Shown here: one piece after another, positions 25,391-32,766 of the stretch
How the letters are laid out: each line of letters starts with the position of its first letter
How positions within the stretch are numbered: position 1 is the first letter of the stretch
IMG/VR virus record: IMGVR_UViG_3300017774_002720
Span: 1-32,860 of that record
Length of the DNA stretch: 32,860 bases
Source of the DNA: a virus
Taxonomy: Duplodnaviria > Caudoviricetes
Direction: 5' to 3' (one strand)
Position numbers and translations under genes: made by a program
The notes under the pieces: model-generated
The model's input: only the letters and a program-made list of their open reading frames with translations
The model's database searches: none
Told to the model about the DNA's origin: nothing

Positions 25391-25562
25391 AGGGGTTTTT
25401 ACATTTTTCGCAATATTGAGGGGGTAATTTACCTTTCTCAAAAACAAATTTAAGTTCTTTTTCTGTAAAATCCTTGCCAGTTTTTATAATAGTTCTGCAT
25501 TTGCTACAAAGTAGTGCTATATTGCCCCCATTAAATTTTATAATAGCTTTATCATTACTCAT
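25326..25562 (-). CDS. Small Zn-finger-like protein
   Basis: Start reassigned to MSNDK. CSKC...CEKC motif. Confidence 0.6.
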   Translation of the reverse strand: MSNDKAIIKFNGGNIALLCSKCRTIIKTGKDFTEKELKFVFEKGKLPPQYCEKCKNPYEENNNNNVVIFNELQKRKNL

Positions 25563-25755
25563 TGTCTTCGGTTTTAGTTTCTTCGTCATCAGGTCGTTCC
25601 CAGTGCCTGCAATAGAAATGGTCACCTAGTTCATCTATTAGTTTTTCAGGGTAGCCATTTTGTATCAGCCATTCCCTTACATCCTTTGTATCTTTTGGTA
25701 TAGGTTTGGGAAATCCAAACATCCATCCTGATGGGGGGTCTATGTATCTTGTCAT
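25555..25755 (-). CDS. Hypothetical protein (IDPPSGWMFGFPK motif)
   Basis: 66 aa, ATGA-coupled to the upstream gene. Confidence 0.7.
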   Translation of the reverse strand: MTRYIDPPSGWMFGFPKPIPKDTKDVREWLIQNGYPEKLIDELGDHFYCRHWERPDDEETKTEDNE

Positions 25756-26273
25756 AATTCTTGTTTTAATTGTTCTCTATACCATCTTGCACCAGCTATG
25801 AAAAACATTCTGTGCATTCCTGAATCAATAACATCTGCTTGTTTTTCTATCTCATCATCGGATACTTCGCCAGAACTTGTTTTACTTTCTACTTTTGGCG
25901 AGTTATGTTGTGTTGGGGAAGATGTATCATGTGCGGTATCACTTCCCTTACTATCAGAATTAAATTTTTCAGTATAATAATGTTCATGGTTATCGTATTG
26001 AAATTCATGTCCTTCATTCTTTCTATCCCATACATTTTCTTCTCCATCAATAAATGCTCTCATTATCTCTTGCTTATGCATTTCTTTGCCTTGGTCAAAA
26101 CTCATTTTAACAACTTCCAATAAATCTCCATCATGTTCAAAGTGTGATTTCAAGTTGTTATACAACCATTCTATTGATGTCATTTGTTTGTTTTCTTGTT
26201 CTTCTTTCCATTTTTTTGCTTGTTCAATTATATCTGCTTGACGCTGATATTCGTTGTATTGTGCTGGGGTCAT
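25752..26273 (-). CDS. Modular hypothetical protein
   Basis: 173 aa with an A-rich leader. Modules TSIEWL...EMHKQEI...YYTEKF and SDDEIEK...GARWYREQLK. Confidence 0.75.
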   Translation of the reverse strand: MTPAQYNEYQRQADIIEQAKKWKEEQENKQMTSIEWLYNNLKSHFEHDGDLLEVVKMSFDQGKEMHKQEIMRAFIDGEENVWDRKNEGHEFQYDNHEHYYTEKFNSDSKGSDTAHDTSSPTQHNSPKVESKTSSGEVSDDEIEKQADVIDSGMHRMFFIAGARWYREQLKQEL

Positions 26274-26304
26274 AATTTATTGTTTTTGTTTATTTTTTTA
26301 TATT

Positions 26305-26397
26305 GTTTACGTTTTCGTAAACGTCAGGGAATATGTAGGACTTCCCTGACGTAAAGATATTTTTTGCACAAAGTGTGCAATAACGACACTTATTGCA
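26305..26397. repeat. Chain of four inverted repeats in two overlapping pairs
   Basis: GTTTACG/CGTAAAC 26305-26322; ACGTCAGGGAA/TTCCCTGACGT 26321-26352; TTGCACA/TGTGCAA 26364-26380; TGCAATAA/TTATTGCA 26376-26397. Confidence 0.9.
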
Positions 26398-26629
26398 AAG
26401 TTTCACTTTCGAATGTGATTAAGTAATACCTTTCGGCAGAGAACTTCGACATTTTTATTTCTAGCCTTTCATCAAGGTCATATGATTCCCAGCCATCTAT
26501 CCACGCATCCTTAATCATTTCTTTTTCTTCTCGCAATAATGTTTTCTCTTGGTTAAGCATATACTCATCAAACTCTAATCTTGATAAGTTCTTCCAGTTT
26601 TCGAATATTACCTGTGTTGTTGTCGGCAT
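26390..26629 (-). CDS. Hypothetical protein sharing a module with 25752-26273
   Basis: EEKEMIKDAWIDG...AERYYLITF. Confidence 0.7.
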   Translation of the reverse strand: MPTTTQVIFENWKNLSRLEFDEYMLNQEKTLLREEKEMIKDAWIDGWESYDLDERLEIKMSKFSAERYYLITFESETLQ

Positions 26630-26648
26630 ATGTTTGGGAATTTATGAA

Positions 26649-27200
26649 TTAATAAATTGTTTTATCAACGACCTTTTTTTCTTCTTCGTTTAAATCTGCA
26701 TTAATACTATTTTCATATTTTATACATACCTGTTTCCATTCAGATATGCTTAATGAAATGCTTTTCCAAAAAGCAGCATAAACTACTTTGTTATTAACAA
26801 TTGCAGACATCTCATAGCCATCGCCCTCGTAATATGGCTTTTTAAAAAAATCAAATGATGAATAAGGCGCACCATATTTTTCTGTGAGTAGATTCAAATA
26901 AGATTCGTACCTATGTTTTATATCACTCCAAGACAAATCTTTAGGCAAGTAAACTTGAACCTGCCAGACTTTATGTGTTATGGGAGTTGATACGATTAGC
27001 ACTTCGACCTTGTTGTTATCAACTATGCCATCCATTGTTGTGACATTGTCGCTAGGAGGTATTGACACCTTGAATCCTTTTGCCTTGTATTTTGCAACTA
27101 CCGATTCTCTGCTCCCTTCTACTTTTATGCCTATAAACTCTTGGCAATAAGATGCAAACGAGGTTATAATTAACGCTAATAAAATTGTTGTTTTTTTCAT
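26649..27200 (-). CDS. Exported protein of unknown function
   Basis: Signal MKKTTILLALIITSFASYC|Q, and an LTEKYGAP motif. Confidence 0.75.
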   Translation of the reverse strand: MKKTTILLALIITSFASYCQEFIGIKVEGSRESVVAKYKAKGFKVSIPPSDNVTTMDGIVDNNKVEVLIVSTPITHKVWQVQVYLPKDLSWSDIKHRYESYLNLLTEKYGAPYSSFDFFKKPYYEGDGYEMSAIVNNKVVYAAFWKSISLSISEWKQVCIKYENSINADLNEEEKKVVDKTIY

Positions 27201-27210
27201 GTTTTTTAAT

Positions 27211-27525
27211 TTATAATTTGTGAATAGTTTTTTTTACCTCAGCATCGTGCTGATGTCTTATTTTATAATTGTTGCCTCTTAACTCTGGCTCTGTTTGTTG
27301 TAGTTTTCTCCTTACCCTTGTTATTGTGTCGGGGAACGGGAACTTTCTATGTGCCAAATCAGTAAGGAATTGCATAGCAGTTTTGCTTTCGAAAACCTTT
27401 TTGCCTCCATACTTGAGGTAATAGAAAGCAGATACTAATTTAGAATCGCTGTCTTTGTATTGGGGATACTTTATTAGTAATTCCCGAACATCATTCTTGA
27501 TTGACTTCATTTTGTTAACTATCAT
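27211..27525 (-). CDS. Small basic protein, possibly winged-helix DNA-binding
   Basis: PDTITRVRRKLQ...PELRG helix-turn-helix-like motif. Confidence 0.6.
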   Translation of the reverse strand: MIVNKMKSIKNDVRELLIKYPQYKDSDSKLVSAFYYLKYGGKKVFESKTAMQFLTDLAHRKFPFPDTITRVRRKLQQTEPELRGNNYKIRHQHDAEVKKTIHKL

Positions 27526-27538
27526 GGTATATGTTTTT

Positions 27539-27844
27539 TTAATTAGCAGATTGCTCGTACACTTCTAGCGTAGGATATTTTATCTCTTCCAGTAGTTCTA
27601 TTTCAAGTAAGCATTCGCCCTCTTGGTCTATAATTAAATGATGCTTGTCTATCCTAGACATTACTATCCCCCTGTTTATAAAAGGATAAATAAGGCTATT
27701 GCAATAGACGTACCCTTCTATAGAATCCAATGGGACTGCTTCCCCTTCATACCCATTACTTTTTACACATAGTAGTGCTACTTCATCTGCTAGTTGAGAT
27801 GACTTTGGAAATCTCGTTACCTTGTAAATTTGCTTTAGTTTCAT
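27539..27844 (-). CDS. Hypothetical protein
   Basis: 101 aa with an A/C-rich leader, in the operon. Confidence 0.65.
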   Translation of the reverse strand: MKLKQIYKVTRFPKSSQLADEVALLCVKSNGYEGEAVPLDSIEGYVYCNSLIYPFINRGIVMSRIDKHHLIIDQEGECLLEIELLEEIKYPTLEVYEQSAN

Positions 27845-27965
27845 GTTGATTTGTTTTATGGTTTATGATTGTTTTTTTTACTAACACTCCGTCTTTGTTT
27901 GTATACATATCTCCATCAGGTTTGCACCTGAACAATGGGATTCTTTTCTTAAATGGCTTATTCAT
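27783..27965 (-). CDS. Small basic hypothetical protein
   Basis: 60 aa. Overlaps the upstream stop and fills the gap. Confidence 0.5.
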   Translation of the reverse strand: MNKPFKKRIPLFRCKPDGDMYTNKDGVLVKKTIINHKTNQHETKANLQGNEISKVISTSR

Positions 27966-28203
27966 ATATGCTTAGTTGGTCAATTATTGAATGGAGTTGT
28001 CTTTGGCTTAGTAGGGGAAGTAGTTCTATTGACTGGTTGTCAATGATAAGTTCTACGTGACTTATTTCTACGTGGTGACCTCCCCCAACATCATGGTAAC
28101 CATGCCCCTCTTCTATTTGAGAAGATAGTTTTTCGTAGTAGTACGTGACCATTAGTTCTATTGAGCAATGGTCGAAAAGAACCTCCGTTAGTTTTTGTTT
28201 CAT
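27958..28203 (-). CDS. Hypothetical protein
   Basis: 81 aa, preceded by a CTAAACTAAGC leader motif. Confidence 0.65.
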   Translation of the reverse strand: MKQKLTEVLFDHCSIELMVTYYYEKLSSQIEEGHGYHDVGGGHHVEISHVELIIDNQSIELLPLLSQRQLHSIIDQLSIYE

Positions 28204-28227
28204 CTTGCTTAGTTTAGTTGTTTAAAA

Positions 28228-28425
28228 TTAAATTTGTACGTGCAGTAAATTATAGTAACTATTACCCCCTACTTTTTCAATTTTAATTACTTGGGGTAAT
28301 GGCTTACCATCCTTTATCATTTTGCGTATTCTTTGTTGTGATGCAGTGTTTGTTTTAGAATATTTGCAATAAATCTCCTTGGCATACTGCTCGGTTGTCA
28401 TAATTGTTGTTAATGTATTTTCCAT
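28228..28425 (-). CDS. Small protein, possibly excisionase/HTH-like
   Basis: Start reassigned to ATG28425. MTTEQYAKE...QQRIRKMIKDGK pattern resembles MerR/Xis-type HTH proteins. Confidence 0.5.
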   Translation of the reverse strand: MENTLTTIMTTEQYAKEIYCKYSKTNTASQQRIRKMIKDGKPLPQVIKIEKVGGNSYYNLLHVQI

Positions 28426-28429
28426 AATG

Positions 28430-28437
28430 CAAATATA
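28430..28437 (-). promoter_or_regulatory. Bacteroidota primary-sigma -7 element TAnnTTTG
   Basis: Minus strand reads TATATTTG-CATT-ATG, matching the established consensus. No clear -33 TTTG element. Confidence 0.6.
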
Positions 28438-28452
28438 GTATTTAAATCGCAA

Positions 28453-28761
28453 TTAGTTAAATTTGTTATTTCTCTTTGTCATTTTTTCCCATGACTGATT
28501 GCCATGGCATCCGTACCCAGTTTTGCATGATGCTAGGGAAATGATGATTGCTAGTGCACCAATAATAAATAAGGTTAGGCTGTGGCTTATTTTCTCGTTC
28601 ATTGTAGATTGTTTTAAATTGTTTTTGAATTGGTTTTGATTCCATTGGGACATCATAAGATTTGCCCTTTCAATTCCCTCACGCTTCTGTACTCGACTGC
28701 TAACTTTGAATTCTTTGCACCACTCGTTATATGGTGGCTTGTTGATAGGTAATGTTTTCAT
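28453..28761 (-). CDS. Hypothetical protein with an internal lipoprotein-like C-half (alternative start 28602)
   Basis: Start reassigned to MKTLP after a CAAACTAAAACTAAAAAA leader. Internal MNEKISHSLTLFIIGALAIIISLAS|C. Confidence 0.55.
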   Translation of the reverse strand: MKTLPINKPPYNEWCKEFKVSSRVQKREGIERANLMMSQWNQNQFKNNLKQSTMNEKISHSLTLFIIGALAIIISLASCKTGYGCHGNQSWEKMTKRNNKFN

Positions 28762-28771
28762 TTTTTTAGTT

Positions 28772-29416
28772 TTAGTTTGATAAATAAAGTAGTGTTGTGT
28801 CAGCACCATTGTTATAGTGTTCTTTTATTAATTCCCTAGCAGTATCTATATACTTAGGTGGGACTATTAAATAACGTCTGATACAAAATACATTACTAGA
28901 TTGGCAAGTAATTTTCTTGCTGGGGATTTTGTTCTTTTTTAGCACAGCTACCATTTCTGCTAATTCCCTAGCACCTACATCGCTTTTACAAGGTGAGTCG
29001 TCCCACATCCCCGTATCATTAACCCCACATACTGCGTAGATAGGTTCTTCGTACCCTCTCCACCCGTCAGATTGTACCCATTTCTTGGATGTGATAAACT
29101 TGCTACCTACTTTATCCTCATCCACTGCTGGAGGAGGATTATTGTTGACCTTAATCCATTCGCCATCCCAAACTTCCCCGTTCAGATACCATTTCTTTTT
29201 TAATTGGTTAATTCTGACATTTGGTAACCCGTTTAGCCTTTCTTTTGTTGTCACGGATTCCCATCCACAATTGGTGATGTATAACCCGTCATCCTTGTGC
29301 TCTGCTATTTTGTTATCGAATAGAAATAGTGATTTGCCATCGGTATACGAGTTGCTGATTCTTTTTGCTTCTCCTTTCAAAAAAGCACTAGTAATGTTTG
29401 ACGTTATGTTACTCAT
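28772..29416 (-). CDS. Hypothetical early protein, probably two domains
   Basis: 214 aa. Motifs GWESVTTKERLN and WVQSDGWRGY separated by an NNNPPP linker. Confidence 0.75.
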   Translation of the reverse strand: MSNITSNITSAFLKGEAKRISNSYTDGKSLFLFDNKIAEHKDDGLYITNCGWESVTTKERLNGLPNVRINQLKKKWYLNGEVWDGEWIKVNNNPPPAVDEDKVGSKFITSKKWVQSDGWRGYEEPIYAVCGVNDTGMWDDSPCKSDVGARELAEMVAVLKKNKIPSKKITCQSSNVFCIRRYLIVPPKYIDTARELIKEHYNNGADTTLLYLSN

Positions 29417-29421
29417 TGTAA

Positions 29422-29691
29422 TTAATTTTCGGTTTTTAAATATTGTTTGTATACGTTGCCAGTCTCTTTAGATGTTCTGAGCACATAGAGTTTCCCGTTT
29501 GCACTTTCATACACGGGGAATTGTTCGCCTTTGGCATTCGTGTACGTTTTGCCCGTAGGTTTGTCCTCAGACGCTTTCCTAGGGGTTGTTTTTGTCACAA
29601 AATTACCATCGGCATCTCTTACTACCTTTGACTGGCTAAAGGCTAATGACGAGGCTAAAAATAAGCCTACAATTAATGTTATTTTTTTCAT
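29422..29691 (-). CDS. Small exported basic protein
   Basis: Signal MKKITLIVGLFLASSLAFS|Q. C-terminal PTGKTYT...VYESANGKLYV...YKQYL loosely resembles the PBCV basic adaptor domain. Confidence 0.7.
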   Translation of the reverse strand: MKKITLIVGLFLASSLAFSQSKVVRDADGNFVTKTTPRKASEDKPTGKTYTNAKGEQFPVYESANGKLYVLRTSKETGNVYKQYLKTEN

Positions 29692-29714
29692 TGTTTAGTT
29701 TGTTTTAATGGTTA

Positions 29715-29888
29715 TTAATTATTAATCAATACGTACTTTACTTTAGATTTCTTGTCAAGGTTTGGCTTTAATTGGCTAACCCTAGAGAATCCGTAATGCC
29801 ATTCAAATAGGTGTTCCCCTACCCACGTAATTTTACGTAGATATTTCTCATCGCCTTGTATAAGGTAGAATCTTGTTCCTTTAGTCAT
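29715..29888 (-). CDS. Small hypothetical protein
   Basis: Start reassigned to MTKGT after an A/C-rich leader. Confidence 0.55.
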   Translation of the reverse strand: MTKGTRFYLIQGDEKYLRKITWVGEHLFEWHYGFSRVSQLKPNLDKKSKVKYVLINN

Positions 29889-29895
29889 AGTGTGG

Positions 29896-30171
29896 TTATT
29901 TAGATTGTGATAAATTATGTGTGACCCCTGCAATTTTCATTGTGTTAATTGTCTTCAGATTGACCATCCTAAACTCTTTCTTCCCCGTATCCCATACTAC
30001 CATTAAATCTCTTTCGCTGGGGTTGAATGCCAAACCTTTGCCATTAACTCCCTTACGTACACCTAATCTAGCAGTCATCTTCCTTACACTGCCATCCTTC
30101 TTAACGAAGGTTACACTAAAGAATTTACCTTTAGTGCTCTTAATCATTTCGGTAATTGTTTTTGTTTCCAT
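29896..30171 (-). CDS. Sm-like/SH3 beta-barrel protein (WYL_2/DUF2693-like)
   Basis: FSVTFVKKDGSVRKM...VWDTGKKEFRMVNL signature. Confidence 0.75.
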   Translation of the reverse strand: METKTITEMIKSTKGKFFSVTFVKKDGSVRKMTARLGVRKGVNGKGLAFNPSERDLMVVWDTGKKEFRMVNLKTINTMKIAGVTHNLSQSK

Positions 30172-30182
30172 TGTCGTTTAGT

Positions 30183-30416
30183 TTATATTTTTTTAATAAT
30201 AGTGTGTGCGTATAAATTATTTTCAAACAAACCAGCTACCTTCATTGCTTCTTCCTTCTCAAAAAAACCTCTAGCTAATTTTATGTCAGTGGTTAGCGAT
30301 TCTACATAGGTGCTGATGGTATCTTTGATGGTATTTATTATTATTGATTCATGGTAAAGTACCACGTCATCAATGCCATCAACTTTCGTTTTGTATTTGA
30401 TTATGTAATTCGGCAT
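30183..30416 (-). CDS. Hypothetical protein
   Basis: 77 aa with a CAACTAAAACTATACACC leader. Confidence 0.65.
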   Translation of the reverse strand: MPNYIIKYKTKVDGIDDVVLYHESIIINTIKDTISTYVESLTTDIKLARGFFEKEEAMKVAGLFENNLYAHTIIKKI

Positions 30417-30437
30417 GGTGTATAGTTTTAGTTGTTA

Positions 30438-30680
30438 TTAAATAGAGATTAGGTCAATGTTGTTAGGGATGTAGTGAATTATTGTGTCGTGTGGGTATGC
30501 TTTTTCTAATGCATAAACTAATGCATCGTTGTCGTATGCTATGTCATTTTCCCTTTCATCATTAACAATAGGTTGAATTACTTTTGTTATTTGTTCGGGA
30601 GTTAGTGAGGTTAGAAGTAAAAAATCTTCTTCGTCCCAAGCAGTTGTGTTGATTTGGTAGATGTCTAAGTTGTTAGTCAT
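30438..30680 (-). CDS. Acidic hypothetical protein
   Basis: 80 aa with an A/C-rich leader. Confidence 0.7.
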   Translation of the reverse strand: MTNNLDIYQINTTAWDEEDFLLLTSLTPEQITKVIQPIVNDERENDIAYDNDALVYALEKAYPHDTIIHYIPNNIDLISI

Positions 30681-30712
30681 TGTGATTGATTTTAAGGTGG
30701 TAAATTTGGTTT

Positions 30713-30744
30713 AAAAGAAGGGAAGTAGTGCAATACTACTTCCC
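30713..30744 (-). terminator. Intrinsic terminator after the DUF932 gene
   Basis: Minus strand GGGAAGTAGT-ATTGC-ACTACTTCCC (10-bp perfect stem), then TTCTTTT. Confidence 0.8.
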
Positions 30745-30770
30745 GTACAATATAACGTCTAGAATCGCCT

Positions 30771-31727
30771 CTAATTAACTCTAGCGAAATCTAATATCAT
30801 TGCAAATGCATCGTTATCTACACTAGCACCCGTTCCAACGTACTTACTTTCTAATCTAGCATTATCTCTCTTAGGTACGGGTAATACGTGTGATGTGTAA
30901 TGCGTCACACCACTGAACAAACCCCATAATGTTTCACCCTTACTGCTCATCTCGCTAGAGATTGATTGCAATAACTCTGCTGAACGATTGATGCTATATT
31001 GAGATGCCTCATTTTTAGCTCTTGAAGGTGGCAATGAGATATCTACATTTGTAACCCCACGTACAATCTTAGCAATGTTATCTTGTGTTACGGGAATCTC
31101 TGACAACTTAATGAACGTATCAAATATGCTTTTCTCAGCAGTAGCAATACCCGTAATTTCCCTGATAGATACCTCTACCTTGTCGTGAATTGATGCAGTA
31201 TGTCTAGCCGATTGTTTGAGCACTCTACTAGCACTAGCAAAGGTATTTCGACAGCAGATGGTAAAATTAACCTCACCCCATTTCAACGATGTAGTACCAT
31301 CGTGACCATTAATTCCCGTTACGTACCCTTTTACCTTTGTTCTATTCTTACCGATACCATTAATCTCATTACCCGTTGATAGTTGTAGGTATACCTTACC
31401 ACCACCATTGAACATACCACCTGAATGAATCTCATAGCCAGTTTTCTCACTAATACGATGTAGCAGTTCGGCTAGTTCTGAGTTCTGATAAGGAACGTAG
31501 CCATCTTTACACGTTGCAAAAGTGGTTTGTGTATCTTCCCTGACAATACCAAAGAATCCCGTATCACTTCCACTAGGAAGTAGTAATGGTTGTTTACTTA
31601 CCGACCATCTTAACCCGTACTTATCTAGCAATGTGGCTACTGCATCACTATTTTCTGAGTTATTAACTTGGATACCTTCGAATGCTGAGTTCAAAATGTT
31701 GTCAGCAGAAAAAATGTTGTTGTTCAT
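30771..31727 (-). CDS. DUF932 family (phage/plasmid TIGR03299-like) protein
   Basis: Motifs GLRWSVSKQPL, YVPYQNSE, GGMFNGGGKVY, NGHDGT, ICCRNT, RHT and GETLWGLFSGVTHY. Confidence 0.85.
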   Translation of the reverse strand: MNNNIFSADNILNSAFEGIQVNNSENSDAVATLLDKYGLRWSVSKQPLLLPSGSDTGFFGIVREDTQTTFATCKDGYVPYQNSELAELLHRISEKTGYEIHSGGMFNGGGKVYLQLSTGNEINGIGKNRTKVKGYVTGINGHDGTTSLKWGEVNFTICCRNTFASASRVLKQSARHTASIHDKVEVSIREITGIATAEKSIFDTFIKLSEIPVTQDNIAKIVRGVTNVDISLPPSRAKNEASQYSINRSAELLQSISSEMSSKGETLWGLFSGVTHYTSHVLPVPKRDNARLESKYVGTGASVDNDAFAMILDFARVN

Positions 31728-31773
31728 AATTGTTTAGTTTAGTTGATTTAAAAATGATTATTGATTGTTATAC

Positions 31774-32196
31774 TTATACTGATTCGCTGATTCTATTTGC
31801 AACCTTGTTTAGTTGCAGGTTATTAGCCCATTTCGTTAGTTCCCTTACATTTTCATACACGTGACTAACCTTACCTTCAGTCCATTTACTATAGTACTTA
31901 TCATTATCTGATTGTGCGAATTTAATTTCACCATAGCTATTTGTAAACCTTACTGAATGTACTTCTTTAGGGTACGTAGTGTACTCTAAATCATCAGTTA
32001 ATCTTATCGTAAGCATATTCCATCCTTTTAGTAATTTGATGGCATTTTTAACCTCTTTAATCAGTTCTTCTGCATCCATTAATTTGTGGCTAGATTCTGA
32101 GAAAAGCATATCCGTAATATACATTTCACCTCTAGTGAGATAACCTACTTTTGAAGACTCAATTGCAATAGTTAATTTGATAGTTGTTTTACTCAT
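31774..32196 (-). CDS. Hypothetical protein
   Basis: 140 aa with a CTAAACTAAAC leader. Confidence 0.7.
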   Translation of the reverse strand: MSKTTIKLTIAIESSKVGYLTRGEMYITDMLFSESSHKLMDAEELIKEVKNAIKLLKGWNMLTIRLTDDLEYTTYPKEVHSVRFTNSYGEIKFAQSDNDKYYSKWTEGKVSHVYENVRELTKWANNLQLNKVANRISESV

Positions 32197-32215
32197 TGTG
32201 TTTAGTTTAGATGGT

Positions 32216-32536
32216 TTATATTTTGTTGTTATCGACTTTCTTAATTGTGTTGTAGAACCTTATATCTTGATGAATAAAGGCATCGCAAAACAATTCAATT
32301 GCCTCGTTAATTAAATTATAGGAGTCAACATTAGGATAGTTTAATGTTAACCTCCTCCAAATTTCAGTTAAGTGAGGATTACTTTCTGAATATTCCCATA
32401 AGACAACATCCAATCCCTGATGGAAACTGATGCCATATATACCATCAGCATAATCTTTAGATTTGCTTTTGTCAATATGCAAAAATATATACCTATCAAA
32501 ATCTTCGTTTTTTAATATCTCAATAATTTTTTTCAT
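32216..32536 (-). CDS. Hypothetical protein
   Basis: Start reassigned to MKKIIE after CTAAATTAAAAACA. Confidence 0.65.
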   Translation of the reverse strand: MKKIIEILKNEDFDRYIFLHIDKSKSKDYADGIYGISFHQGLDVVLWEYSESNPHLTEIWRRLTLNYPNVDSYNLINEAIELFCDAFIHQDIRFYNTIKKVDNNKI

Positions 32537-32556
32537 TGTTTTTAATTTAGATGTGA

Positions 32557-32766
32557 TTAATCTTTGTTTATTTGCTTTATTATTTCTTTGTGCCAATGCA
32601 AAGGGAGGTCTGTGCATTTTATTGCTTCTTCATTACTATTTGGTAAGCAATCAGCATCTGCCTCTTCTTTGTTGCCATATATGGCAACATCTCCATTATT
32701 TAAAAGTAAAATCTCATCTTCAAGTTTGTCATAAACGACATAATTGGTTTCAAATAATTGTTTCAT
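32557..32766 (-). CDS. Hypothetical protein
   Basis: Start reassigned to MKQLF after an A-rich leader. Confidence 0.6.
   Translation of the reverse strand: MKQLFETNYVVYDKLEDEILLLNNGDVAIYGNKEEADADCLPNSNEEAIKCTDLPLHWHKEIIKQINKD

Noticed and set aside
26305-26397. Mini CRISPR array or tRNA
   Set aside because: The palindromes differ from each other, there is no repeat-spacer periodicity, and no cloverleaf or T-arm consensus is visible.
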